This document shows positions 51,770-61,454 of a DNA stretch of 64,000 bases, piece by piece. The stretch lies in NCBI GenBank assembly GCA_965224085.1, contig CBDCYI010000005.1, forward strand, positions 1 to 64,000, given 5' to 3'. Both the position numbers and the translations under genes were made by a program. The stretch is from Candidatus Marinacidobacterales bacterium (lineage in GTDB: Bacteria; Acidobacteriota; Vicinamibacteria; Marinacidobacterales; SMYC01). The first letter of the stretch is position 1, and each line of letters opens with the position of its first letter. The notes under the pieces are model-generated. The model had not been told where the DNA came from and did not search any database. It saw only the letters and a program-made list of their open reading frames with translations.

Positions 51770-52190
51770 AACGAGCCGATGGCCGACGGATAGAAAAGGA
51801 GCTCGGATCCTTGGAGAGCGAAGATCCGCGCGACTTCCGGATACCACTCATCCCAGCAAATCCCGACGCCTATTTTCCCGAACGCCGTCTGCCAGACCGG
51901 TAGCCGAGGTCGCCGGGCGTGAAGTAGAACTTCTCGTGATATTGCGGTCCGTCGGGGATATGGGTTTTGCGGTATTTTCCGAGCTCGCTGCCATCGGCAT
52001 CGAAGAGCACGACCGAGTTGAAATAGATGCCGGGTCGCGCTTCCTCGTAGACGGGAACGATGAGTACTACTCCGAGCTCTTTCGCGAGCCCTCTCATGCG
52101 CTTGGTGGTCTCGGAAGGAAGCTTTTCAGCATGGTCGACATTCAGAGCAACGTCAGCCGAGGCCGTGAGCTGTAGCAAAGCGATGCGCAT
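51770..52190 (-). pseudogene. Degraded carbon-nitrogen hydrolase (N-carbamoylputrescine amidase-like)
   Basis: YRKTHIP, EKFYFTPGDLG, shifted GVGICWDEWYPE, YPSAIGS. Catalytic Glu segment and C-terminus are missing. Confidence 0.8.
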
Positions 52191-52192
52191 CG

Positions 52193-52330
52193 TCAGAGCA
52201 TGAATCCTAATCCAAGAAAGAGCATCGTGGATAGTGCAGCGGCGATGAGCACATAGGGAAGCTGGGTCATCACTTGGTCAAAGACGTCACAGCCGCGGCT
52301 CGAGGCGGCAAGCACGGTGGCGTCCCCATC
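52193..52330 (-). pseudogene. C-terminal remnant of an NhaC-family antiporter
   Basis: DATVLAASSRGCDVFDQVMTQLPYVLIAA...GF resembles the NhaC tail (DttilsS...gc....Hv.TQLPYal). Confidence 0.6.
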
Positions 52331-52344
52331 CTCAGTCACGAAAT

Positions 52345-54225
52345 TTATTTCAAGAATGCTTCAGCCCAGCGCTCGAATACCATCAGTGGGAAGAGCTGGT
52401 GGGCGTGGTTGCGGTTTCCAGCGACGTGCTCGCGCCGCAGGCGCGCGACTTCGGCCGGCTCGAACAGGCCGCGGGCGCGGATGCGTTCTTCGCTCAGAAG
52501 CTCGTCCATGAGCGGTCTCAGCTCGCGGCGGAGCCAGTTCTTGAGCGGGATGCTGAAGCCTTCTTTGCGCCGGTGCAGGATGCCTTCCGGTAAAACGCCC
52601 GTCATCGCTTGCTTCAAAACGTATTTACTCGTATCGCCTCGAAGCTTCAGATGCCCGGGCATCCGGAAGGCTAGCTCGATGACGTCCCGATCGAGAAAGG
52701 GCGCCCTCGCTTCGAGCGAGGTGGCCATGCTCATGCGGTCGACTTTCACGAGGATGTCGTCGGATAAGAAGAGCTTGAAGTCGGCGAAGAGCTGCCGATT
52801 CAGAAAATCGTCGCCGCCCGCTCCGAGTGTTTCGAGCACGTGAAGCTTCGGGTCGTAGCTCGTGAGCGCCTCGGACAAGCTCGCGGTGTAGAGCCTCTTC
52901 TTCTGCTCTATGGGAAGGTGCCAGAGCCAGCGATAGTGCTCGAGCTCGGGTGCGGCCTGGCTTCCCTCCAAAAACCGCTTGGCTTTGTTGATGAGGCCTT
53001 TTTTCTTCGCGCTCGGCGGTACCCATTCGCTCATCGCGTGAAGCAGGCGGAGCGCGCTCTTACCGGGAAAGCGTGCGAGCTTTTGGGCGAGCCGGTCGGC
53101 GACGTACCAGTCATAGCCCGCGAATAGCTCGTCCCCGCCGTCTCCCGACAGAACGACTTTGACTTCTTTCGCAGCAATTCGTGAAACGAGATAGGTTGGG
53201 AACAAAGACACGTCGGCAAAGGGCTCGTCGAGATGGACGATGAGCTTGTCGAAAAGCTCCCCTACATCGGGCGCGACCGTCTCTTCGTGATGCTCGGTCG
53301 CGAAGAGCGATGCGATCTCGCGCGCACAGGCCGACTCGTCATAGCTCGCCTCCGGAAACGCGATCGAGAAGGTCTTGATCGGCCGATCGGACGCCTCCGC
53401 CATCATGGCCACGACGGTGCTCGAGTCGATGCCGCCCGACAAGAACGCACCGAGAGGCACGTCCGACATCATCTGCGAGCGCACCGCGTGTCCGAGCGTT
53501 TCCCGAAGCTCCTCGATCCATTCGCGATCCCCGCGTCCGTCGACGACGTCGGCCGGCGGGCTCCAGTAGGGCCACGTCTTTACCTCGCCGCCTTTGACAG
53601 ACATCGCGTGCGCCGGCGGGAGCTTCCTAACACCCTTGAAGATCGAGAGCGGTGCGACGATGAACTCGTAGGTCAAGAAACAGTCGAGCGCTTCCGGGTT
53701 CAGCTCGCGCGGCACGTCGGCGCGAGCCAACAAGGACTTGATCTCTGAAGCGAAGACGATGTCTTCGCCCCCATCATAGTAGTAAAGCGGCTTCTCCCCG
53801 GCTCTGTCGCGCGCGGCTAATAGACGGCGGCGCGCTACATCCCAGAGCGCGAAAGCGAACTGTCCGTTCACCCGCTCGGTAACGCGGTCGCCCCACTCTT
53901 CGTAGCCGTGGACGATGACCTCCATGTCGGAGCCCGTCCGGAAACGATGGCCTTTTCCCAGAAGCTCCTCGCGTAGCGCGCGGTAGTTGAAGATCTCGCC
54001 ATTGCCGACGAAAGTGATCGTCTCGTCTTCGTTTTGGATTGGCTGGCGTCCGCCGGCGACGTCGATGATCGAAAGCCGCTTCAGACCAAGTGCGACGCCG
54101 GGGAGCGCGATGGAGCCCGTGTCATCGGGGCCGCGGTGGTGGAGCTTTTCCACCATCCGGTCGATGACGGCAAGGTCGGGTTGCCTCGTCGCGTCGCGAG
54201 CCACGACGCCCGCGATGCCGCACAT
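52345..54225 (-). CDS. asnB: Asparagine synthase (glutamine-hydrolysing)-like amidotransferase
   Basis: MCGIAG, HRGPD, RLSIID, LSGGIDSS, SGDGGDELFAGY, KVDRMSMA.SLE.RAPFLD. Confidence 0.93.
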   Translation of the reverse strand: MCGIAGVVARDATRQPDLAVIDRMVEKLHHRGPDDTGSIALPGVALGLKRLSIIDVAGGRQPIQNEDETITFVGNGEIFNYRALREELLGKGHRFRTGSDMEVIVHGYEEWGDRVTERVNGQFAFALWDVARRRLLAARDRAGEKPLYYYDGGEDIVFASEIKSLLARADVPRELNPEALDCFLTYEFIVAPLSIFKGVRKLPPAHAMSVKGGEVKTWPYWSPPADVVDGRGDREWIEELRETLGHAVRSQMMSDVPLGAFLSGGIDSSTVVAMMAEASDRPIKTFSIAFPEASYDESACAREIASLFATEHHEETVAPDVGELFDKLIVHLDEPFADVSLFPTYLVSRIAAKEVKVVLSGDGGDELFAGYDWYVADRLAQKLARFPGKSALRLLHAMSEWVPPSAKKKGLINKAKRFLEGSQAAPELEHYRWLWHLPIEQKKRLYTASLSEALTSYDPKLHVLETLGAGGDDFLNRQLFADFKLFLSDDILVKVDRMSMATSLEARAPFLDRDVIELAFRMPGHLKLRGDTSKYVLKQAMTGVLPEGILHRRKEGFSIPLKNWLRRELRPLMDELLSEERIRARGLFEPAEVARLRREHVAGNRNHAHQLFPLMVFERWAEAFLK

Positions 54226-54231
54226 GGAGGA

Positions 54232-55383
54232 TCAGACCCCGTCGCCATGGCTCGAGAAGCGGCCGGCAAGTTTTTCACCACCGAGCTCCGCGACGAACCG
54301 GAGGTAGGGGAATACACGCTTCATCGCGGCCGCGTTGACGAAGCACGGGCTCGCGCAGGTCGGACAGACTTTGTCGAGCACTTCCTGGCGCATGGCCAGA
54401 TTCTTCTGGTCGTAGTAGAAGTCTCTCGGATCACCGTCGCGCACGTTCCCGATGACGCGGCTATTCTCGCAATAGGTGATCTCGCCATTTGGGTTCAGGA
54501 GAAGCCCCTGATCCATCGACGGGCACGGCATCGTGCGCTTCATGCCGTTTTGGAACATCTTGACATAGGCCTGGTACAAAAGCGCATCCCCGTCGGCAAT
54601 GCCGGATTCCCGAACGCGCTTGCGAAAGAAATCGACGAGCTTGGGAAAATCCTCGTCCTTCAGATCCGTCGACTCGACGAGATCCATGTTCCCGAAGGCG
54701 AGCTCGGAGTAGCGCGCGATCGCAAAGACGACGCTCAGATTCTCTTTCTTGCAGAGCTCGTAGATGCGTTCGCCCTCTTCGAGGTTCTGGGCCGTGAACG
54801 TGAACGAGACCCCGAAGTTGAAGAACTTCTTCTTCTGCAGCTCCTGCATCTCGCGGACCGTGTCCATGGCGCGCTCGAAGGCGTGCCACACGCGACGGAT
54901 GTCCTCGTGCGCATCGCCGACGCCGTCGAGGCTCACCCGGGTTCCGAACATGAAGTCCCGCTCGTTGGCGACGTCGATGATGCGATCGAGCGTCGAGACG
55001 ACCCGGTCCTTTACGAAGCCGTTTGTGTTGAGGGTCATTTTCCGGAGCTTTGGCATGTTGTCCGACATGATGCGGACGATGTCGACCATGTCCTTCCGGA
55101 GCGTCGGCTCTCCGCCGGTGATGCCGACATATTCGATCGAACGGAAGAGCTCGCTCGAGAACGCTTTTCGATATTCGTCCGTTGTCAAGTCATCGTGGTA
55201 TGGGAGCTTCCACGAGTTGCACATGACGCATTTGGAGTCGCACTTGTAGGAGACGTTGAAGATGAGCACGGTGGGCGCGATGGCTTTGTATCGGCCTACG
55301 ATCTGCGTCTTGAAGAAATCCGCCGGAAGCGACGGAAGGCTCGTTTTGAGAAGCTTGCCTACGTAGTGATTGTTTCCGAACAT
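54232..55383 (-). CDS. Radical SAM protein with SPASM/twitch-like C-terminus
   Basis: CDSKCVMC, TGGEP, VSLDG, C-terminal CPS...YCE...GNV...CPTCASPC. Confidence 0.92.
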   Translation of the reverse strand: MFGNNHYVGKLLKTSLPSLPADFFKTQIVGRYKAIAPTVLIFNVSYKCDSKCVMCNSWKLPYHDDLTTDEYRKAFSSELFRSIEYVGITGGEPTLRKDMVDIVRIMSDNMPKLRKMTLNTNGFVKDRVVSTLDRIIDVANERDFMFGTRVSLDGVGDAHEDIRRVWHAFERAMDTVREMQELQKKKFFNFGVSFTFTAQNLEEGERIYELCKKENLSVVFAIARYSELAFGNMDLVESTDLKDEDFPKLVDFFRKRVRESGIADGDALLYQAYVKMFQNGMKRTMPCPSMDQGLLLNPNGEITYCENSRVIGNVRDGDPRDFYYDQKNLAMRQEVLDKVCPTCASPCFVNAAAMKRVFPYLRFVAELGGEKLAGRFSSHGDGV

Positions 55384-56165
55384 CAGCTTTTGTTTGATTG
55401 GCGTCTATCGCGTACCAGTTTCGCGGGAACGCCGGCGGCGACGTAATAGGCGGGCACGTCGTCGAGTACGACCGCGCCCGCGCCAATAATAGCATGCGCG
55501 CCCACATGAGCCCCGCCGCCCACGACGGCGTGGGCTCCGAGCCAGCAGCCGTCGCCGATCCGAATCGGAAGCCCGATACGGCCTTGTTGCGAGACGGGGA
55601 TGTCGACACGGTCGTGCATGTGGTTGCCGCCTACGAGGTAGACATAGGCCGCGAGCATCACGTCTTTCCCCACCGTAATCTTGTCCGCGGAGAAAATCTC
55701 GCAGTTGAAGCCGATATTCGCGCGCTCTTCGAGGTGGATATCCCCGTTCTTGCACGAAAGGATCGTGTTCCGCCCGACGAAGACGCCGTCATCGAGGCGG
55801 ATCCCGGCATTGTCGACACCTTTCGCGTCGAGAAGCACGTTGTCGTCCACCACCACGTGGTTTCCGATGCGGATTTTTCGCGGGTGGCGCAGCACGACGT
55901 TTTGGCCGAACACAACGTTCCGGCCGCAGGCGCCGAGAAGACGCGGGTAGAGCTTGCCTCTGAGAAAGAGCCCCAGCGCCCCCGGAACCCAAGCTGACAA
56001 GAGAAGCACGAGCTCGTAGCCCACCATCGCCAAAAGCCCCGGTCGGCCGACGACGAGCTCGCCGTATTTTCGGATCGTGCTCTTCTTGGCGTCCCAGAGC
56101 TCTTTTTGGGCGATCGGTATGCGCCCGTCATTGGGTTGCGTGGCTGAGTCCATTTCCACGGACAT
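55383..56165 (-). CDS. Hexapeptide-repeat acyltransferase
   Basis: LRHPRKIRIG, left-handed beta-helix repeats, IGAGAVV..DVP...AAGVPA. Confidence 0.88.
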   Translation of the reverse strand: MSVEMDSATQPNDGRIPIAQKELWDAKKSTIRKYGELVVGRPGLLAMVGYELVLLLSAWVPGALGLFLRGKLYPRLLGACGRNVVFGQNVVLRHPRKIRIGNHVVVDDNVLLDAKGVDNAGIRLDDGVFVGRNTILSCKNGDIHLEERANIGFNCEIFSADKITVGKDVMLAAYVYLVGGNHMHDRVDIPVSQQGRIGLPIRIGDGCWLGAHAVVGGGAHVGAHAIIGAGAVVLDDVPAYYVAAGVPAKLVRDRRQSNKS

Positions 56166-56166
56166 C

Positions 56167-57144
56167 TTAGACCCATCCGGCCTTTCGGTACCACTGAAGC
56201 GTTTGCTCGATGCCGTTGTCGAGGTCGATTTCGGGCGCCCACCCGAGCGCCTTCTTGGCTTTGTCGATTTTGAACGCGCGATGCTTGAGAAAGAAATCGA
56301 GCCGGCGTCGGTAGAGCGGAGGCTCGATGCCGAGCGGCCGGCAAACGTCTTCGCAAATCGCCGCGGCGGCGTAGAGCGGCATCGACGGCCAGCGGAAGCG
56401 CGGCGGAGCGACACCGGCCTTTTTGGCGATGAGTGCTATGATCTCGCGCACGGTGGCGTATTCGGAACCCGCAAGGATGAACGCGTCGCCAAAGGCGCTC
56501 GGAGTATCACCCGCCCGGATGAAACCGCGTGCAACGTCCTCTACATGCGTGAGGTGGTAGAACACGTCTCCTTTGCCGATCATCGGAAAGCGTTTCTTGG
56601 CAACGCCACGAAAGAGCTTCAAAAAGCGGCGATCGCCGGGACCGTAAATGCCCACGGGCCGCAGTACGACCACGGGCAAGCCGCGATCCCGATGAAGCGC
56701 GAAAACAACGCGCTCCGCTTCCACTTTCGTCTGCTGGTAGATGTCACCAGGATTGTAGGGAGAGGCTTCGTCGGCCGGAGGCTCCACTTCACCGTGCACC
56801 CCACAAGTGCTGCAATAGAGAAACGGAATGCCACCTTCCCCGAGCGAGGCCTCGGCGAGAAGGCGCGTGCCTTCCACGTTGACCTCCCGGTAATAGCTAT
56901 CCGGAAGCTTGGCTTGCCGGTACACGGCGGCGATGTGGAAGATTCGCTCGACCCCGGAAACCGCCGCACGCAGACTCGCCGGGTTCGTAAGCTCGCCTTC
57001 GAAACGCTCGACATCGACCCCCTCGAGCAGCGACGGATCGCTCGAGCGGCGGATGAGAGCGCGCACTTCGTGGCCGGCCTCTCGGAGCAAACGGGCTAAG
57101 TGGCTTCCGGTGAAACCGTTAGCACCGGTGATGAGAACTTTCAG
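56167..57144 (-). CDS. NAD-dependent epimerase/dehydratase (probable CTG start)
   Basis: LKVLITGANGFTGS lies upstream of the tracked ORF. FHIAA, YQQTK, RPVGIYGPGD. Confidence 0.9.
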   Translation of the reverse strand: MKVLITGANGFTGSHLARLLREAGHEVRALIRRSSDPSLLEGVDVERFEGELTNPASLRAAVSGVERIFHIAAVYRQAKLPDSYYREVNVEGTRLLAEASLGEGGIPFLYCSTCGVHGEVEPPADEASPYNPGDIYQQTKVEAERVVFALHRDRGLPVVVLRPVGIYGPGDRRFLKLFRGVAKKRFPMIGKGDVFYHLTHVEDVARGFIRAGDTPSAFGDAFILAGSEYATVREIIALIAKKAGVAPPRFRWPSMPLYAAAAICEDVCRPLGIEPPLYRRRLDFFLKHRAFKIDKAKKALGWAPEIDLDNGIEQTLQWYRKAGWV

Positions 57145-57295
57145 TCGCGTCTCCTGCCGACATTATAGGTGGCAAATGGTTGGATCTCACCCATGATCCT
57201 GTGATAGCCTATGCGATTTGGTCGGCCCATACGTGAGTTGTTCCCTGTGACTGGCGTGGCGGGCCACAACTCTTAACGGAGGTAGATCGACTCTT

Positions 57296-58327
57296 ATGAG
57301 CACACAACTACTTAGACGCTTCAGCTTTGGATGCTTGCTCACTCCCATAGTCGCCGCCGCCATCGGCTGTAGCGACAACAATAGCGGCAATAGCGGCGGC
57401 GGCACGATGCCTACCGTCACGATCTCGGCACCGGGCATCGTCAGCCCGAACACGCCTTCCCCGATTGGAGATAATCCTCCGACGCTTACAGTAACGAACG
57501 CCACCGCGAGCGACGGAAGCGGGCTCACCTATACTTTTCAAGTCGCGACCGACCAAGCGTTCGCAAGCGTCCTCCGTCAAAGTCCCGCCGTCGCTCAAGG
57601 GTCGGGCCAAACCAGCTGGACGCTCGGCACCGCCCTCGCAAACGGCGCTTATTTCTGGAGAGCGCGCGGGGCCTCGGCCAGCGCCGTCGGCGCGTGGTCT
57701 GTCGTCGCGCAGTTCTTGGTCGGTAGTGGCTCGGGCACCGGTCCTGGCGAGACCACCTTGGTCTCCGACGTTCTCACTGACGGGATGACGATGGGCGAGC
57801 AATTCGGCGGCAGCTTGACGCCGCAAGGCTGGCGCGTCAACACCAACGCCGACTTCATTCGCTACGAAGTTCCGACCGTCACGAACGGCTATGTGCAATG
57901 GCAGAACGTGGGCCTCACACCGCGCGGTGCCAACGATGCCTCGCATATGCTGATGGGCATGTGGGATCCTTCGGCGGGAGGGTTCCGTCAGAACCCATTC
58001 CGCGTGCACGTTCAAAAGCTCTGGAACAATCCGCACAACCCGCCTTTCATGCGATTCCGCTGGATCTCGCAAGGCCGGGAGGAGGACGCGGGCACCAACT
58101 TCACCAACTGGAACCCGGGCCAGGTTTACACCTTCCGCGTGGACTGGGGCCCGGCCGGCGCCGCCAACCGGGCTCGTGTCTTCCTCGACGGCGTGGAGAT
58201 CATGACGTTGGGTTACAACCGCACCTACGCGCCTAATACCCACTTCATCGAGCTCGGCATCGGCGAACGTGGCGAATCGGTCATCGACGCGATTTATCGC
58301 AACTTCACGGTCGTGCGAAGGGACTAG
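57296..58327 (+). CDS. Unknown lipoprotein, paralog 1 (Ig/FN3-like + beta-sandwich domain)
   Basis: Lipobox AIGC, G/S linker, YTFQVATD.AF, YFWRAR. GGAGGT RBS. Confidence 0.8.
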   Translation: MSTQLLRRFSFGCLLTPIVAAAIGCSDNNSGNSGGGTMPTVTISAPGIVSPNTPSPIGDNPPTLTVTNATASDGSGLTYTFQVATDQAFASVLRQSPAVAQGSGQTSWTLGTALANGAYFWRARGASASAVGAWSVVAQFLVGSGSGTGPGETTLVSDVLTDGMTMGEQFGGSLTPQGWRVNTNADFIRYEVPTVTNGYVQWQNVGLTPRGANDASHMLMGMWDPSAGGFRQNPFRVHVQKLWNNPHNPPFMRFRWISQGREEDAGTNFTNWNPGQVYTFRVDWGPAGAANRARVFLDGVEIMTLGYNRTYAPNTHFIELGIGERGESVIDAIYRNFTVVRRD

Positions 58328-58349
58328 TCGTCAACGAGGAGGCAGCACC

Positions 58350-59372
58350 ATGATTCGACAATTGAGCATTTTCGCCATGCTCGCGGCGGCGGTTCTTTCT
58401 CTTGCGGCGTGCAGCGACAGCGGTAGTGGTGACGGCGGCTCTACCGGAGCGAGCGTCACCATCTCAGCACCCAGCCAGGTGAGTCCGGCGAACGGCGCGC
58501 AAGTCTCCGGCCAAGTCACGCTCACCGTCTCGAACGTGCAAGTGACAGGTGGAAGCGGCGTCACGACCTATACATTCCAAATCGCCTCCGACGGCGCGTT
58601 CGCAACGATCGTCGCCCAGGCGAGCAATATTCCCCAAGGCTCCGGTCAGACATCTTGGACGGCCGGCTCGGAGCTCGCCAGCGGACAGTTCTTCTGGCGC
58701 GCCCGAGCGAACGTGGGGACGACGAACGGCGCTTTCTCGAGCGTCGGGAACTTCTCGTTCCAGGGCGGCGCGAGTACGGCGGGAAGCACCGATCAAGTAC
58801 TGCTTTTCGATCCGCTTACCGACGGCTCGAGCTTGGGCGATGTCGGCGGAGGCGAGTTCACGCCAGAAGGTTGGAAAGTTATCGCGAGCTCGAATTTCAT
58901 CGTCTACGACATGCCGACGATCGAGTCCGGTTTTATCGAGTTCGACATCTCCGGTCTCGATATCCGCAACCCGACGCGCGACGCCCGGCATTTGTTCTTC
59001 ATGTGGGATCCCAGCCTCGGGAGCGACATGACGGGTAACCGCTTCCGAGTCAGCTTGCAGAAGCTCGACGGCCGAAGCTCTATCAACGACCGCTGGCTCC
59101 GACTTCGTTTCATCACGCAAGGGCGTCAAATCGATGTCGGGAGCACCTTCCGCGGCTGGGAAGTCGACAACACCTACCGCATCCGCTTGGAGTGGGGACG
59201 CGAAGGAGAGGCTCTCGTCTGCCGTCTATTCATCGACGATCGCGAGATATTCTTCTTCCACTATCCACGCGCCTACAACCCCGTGATCCACCGAATAGAG
59301 CTAGGAGCCGCTGGCCGTGCGGAAACCCCAGAAGACGCTGTCTATTCCAACGTGGTGATCGGAACGCGCTGA
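58350..59372 (+). CDS. Unknown lipoprotein, paralog 2
   Basis: Lipobox LAAC, GAGGAGG RBS, colinear motifs with paralog 1. Confidence 0.8.
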   Translation: MIRQLSIFAMLAAAVLSLAACSDSGSGDGGSTGASVTISAPSQVSPANGAQVSGQVTLTVSNVQVTGGSGVTTYTFQIASDGAFATIVAQASNIPQGSGQTSWTAGSELASGQFFWRARANVGTTNGAFSSVGNFSFQGGASTAGSTDQVLLFDPLTDGSSLGDVGGGEFTPEGWKVIASSNFIVYDMPTIESGFIEFDISGLDIRNPTRDARHLFFMWDPSLGSDMTGNRFRVSLQKLDGRSSINDRWLRLRFITQGRQIDVGSTFRGWEVDNTYRIRLEWGREGEALVCRLFIDDREIFFFHYPRAYNPVIHRIELGAAGRAETPEDAVYSNVVIGTR

Positions 59373-59488
59373 TTTCGACAAAAGGCGATATTGAGGCGCG
59401 AAGTCGCGAGGGTCTCGTTCTTTGCGGCTCCGCGCCTTTGCTGTGCGTTCTCCGACGCCGCTCTGGACCAGCCAAGAGAAACGAGGAA

Positions 59489-59572
59489 GCAGGGGACTTA
59501 AAATCCCCTGTCCTATGGGCACCGCCTTCGCCCTTCGGGCTTCGGCGCGGCAGGCCGAGTCCCGCGCCTTCA
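59489..59572 (+). pseudogene. tRNA-Leu(UAA)-like remnant interrupted by a REP-like hairpin
   Basis: GCAGGGGACTTAAAATCCCC anticodon arm, a variable-arm-like segment, then CGAGTCCCGC T-arm 3' half. No 5' acceptor/D arm. Confidence 0.55.
59522..59555. repeat. REP-like palindromic element
   Basis: CCGCCTTCGCCCTTCGGGCTTCGGCGCGGCAGGC, nested hairpin with CUUCGG tetraloop. Confidence 0.55.
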
Positions 59573-59665
59573 CTTACCGTGCTACGCGCTCGGTGCGGCT
59601 CGCGCCCATAGCCGAGGTACCAGGCTTCGCTCACGGCTGACATCACGATGGTGTGCTGGAGTCTC

Positions 59666-61141
59666 TTATGCGTTCATGGCCGGGAGCAGGATTCGAACCG
59701 TCGTTCCTTTGCCTTCAGTGCTGTCCAGTAGGAGCTCGCCCCCGGCCTCTTCGACGCTTCGTTTGGCCATTGGTAAGCCCAGCCGCATTCTGACACGCGT
59801 CCCTTTCTGGCTCAGGGCGATCTCGAAGAGTTGGGGACGCATATCGTCGGGGATACCTCTGCCGTTGTCGGTGATCTCCACCTCGACGCGGTCTCGGTCC
59901 GCTCTCACGCTCACCTGAATGACGCCCTGGTGGTCGATGGCCTGAACGGAATTCTGGAGAAGACTGAACAACGCTTGATTGAGCCTGGCGGGATGGCACA
60001 ACACCGCGGGGAGCGAATCCTGATAGCGGCGGTCGACGCGGATGCGATCGCCGATAGTGTCGCCGAGCAGACCCAGGGCGCTGTCCACACCCTCGCGAAC
60101 GTCCACTGGCTTCGTTTCCGCTTCGTCGAGAGCGACGAACTTCTTGAGACTGTCCACCACTCCGGCGATGCGGCGGCTGCCGTCCTGGATGATACGGGAG
60201 AGGTCGGAGCCGGCATCAATCGCCCTCAGCGTCATCCTTGAGTCGCGGTCCTCGGCGTCCGCCCGCTCGTCGACGTACTGCCGGCATCGGTCCAGCGTCC
60301 GGTCCAGCGAATCGGCCGAGGAGGAGAGTGCGCCGAGCGGCGTGTTGATCTCGTGGAGAATTCCCGACACAACCCGCGCCAGGCGGGCTTGGTTTTCGGA
60401 CTCTATGAGCCGTGCCTGGGACTCCTGGAGCTGGCTCAAAGCGATCGCGAGCTCGTTCGAGCGCTGCTCGATCTGTCGCTCCGCCTCAGCCGCGCTCTTG
60501 TGAGCGTAGAAGGAAATGGCGCCGGTCATGACCGCCGCCGACACGAGCGCCAGGACAAAGTAGGATCGTGTCGTCTTCCCGTCGAGCTCGACGATGGGAT
60601 CGATCCCGGGTCCGAGAACGAGCAGCAAGACGAAGACAACCAGGGAGGCTCCCGCGAGCGCGAAGGCGGTCTTCGAGTAGCGGCCCGGAAAGACGAGGAA
60701 AATGGCGCTGATGATCGGGAGAAAGAAATACTGGTTGCCAGCCTGGTCTCCATAGATGAAGACGAATCCGACCTGGCTCGCCGCACCGACGATGAAGATC
60801 CAGGCGATGGCCAACCGATAGAACCCCCGGTGGTTGAGCCATAGCGGCACCACATAGGCGAGGGCGTAAACCAACGGAGCAGCCTTCAAGACCGCCGGAA
60901 GGGGTGCCAGCGAGTTGGGAATCAGATAGAAAGCGTTCAGCGCCCCCGCAACGATGCTGATCGAGTTCGTGAGGGCGATGTGCTTGGCGTCGTGGGGAAG
61001 CGTGTCTTCACGGATGCCGAGCCATCTAAGTCGCTGTATCGTTCCGTGAGTGCGCTCTTCCACCGGTGGGTTCCGTTCGACGTGTGAGGATAAACGAGAT
61101 GCCCGGTGCGGTGCGAGAAAAGTTTCCGCGAGCCGGGGCAC
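59666..61141 (-). CDS. Membrane sensor histidine kinase (orphan)
   Basis: About 6 TM segments, coiled coil, GILHEINTPLG, LNQAL..LLQNS, DNGRGIP, GKGTTV. Confidence 0.9.
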   Translation of the reverse strand: MPRLAETFLAPHRASRLSSHVERNPPVEERTHGTIQRLRWLGIREDTLPHDAKHIALTNSISIVAGALNAFYLIPNSLAPLPAVLKAAPLVYALAYVVPLWLNHRGFYRLAIAWIFIVGAASQVGFVFIYGDQAGNQYFFLPIISAIFLVFPGRYSKTAFALAGASLVVFVLLLVLGPGIDPIVELDGKTTRSYFVLALVSAAVMTGAISFYAHKSAAEAERQIEQRSNELAIALSQLQESQARLIESENQARLARVVSGILHEINTPLGALSSSADSLDRTLDRCRQYVDERADAEDRDSRMTLRAIDAGSDLSRIIQDGSRRIAGVVDSLKKFVALDEAETKPVDVREGVDSALGLLGDTIGDRIRVDRRYQDSLPAVLCHPARLNQALFSLLQNSVQAIDHQGVIQVSVRADRDRVEVEITDNGRGIPDDMRPQLFEIALSQKGTRVRMRLGLPMAKRSVEEAGGELLLDSTEGKGTTVRILLPAMNA

Positions 61142-61454
61142 GGTCGGGGGAGCTTCGTTCGCGACACTCGCCGCCGAAACCGGATCGTAACTGAATCAAC
61201 ACTTCGATCACGATCTCGTCACACTAGTCAGCGACTGCGAACGCGCGAGCGTCCCAGGCTGAGCGGTCCCAACATGGAGAATCTCGTCGGTCATCCGGCG
61301 AGCGGGGTAGATCTCGTCCACTCAGTGATTGCGAGAACCCTACGTTACCAGTTCTCGGTTGCCAGTTGTGTGCACACCGATGTGTGTTGGCCAATCTCCG
61401 ATGGCCAATCACCAAAAGCCAATAAGACTTTTACGAAAAATCCGTTTCGTACGC

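Noticed and set aside
50636-52190. Queuosine-salvage link between YhhQ and the nitrilase-fold gene
   Set aside because: The hydrolase is degraded and resembles carbamoyl-amidases. No preQ1 riboswitch was recognised.
52345-55383. Lasso peptide or RiPP cluster (AsnB-like + rSAM/SPASM)
   Set aside because: AsnB retains the full MCGI glutaminase domain. No precursor, PqqD/RRE or B protease seen.
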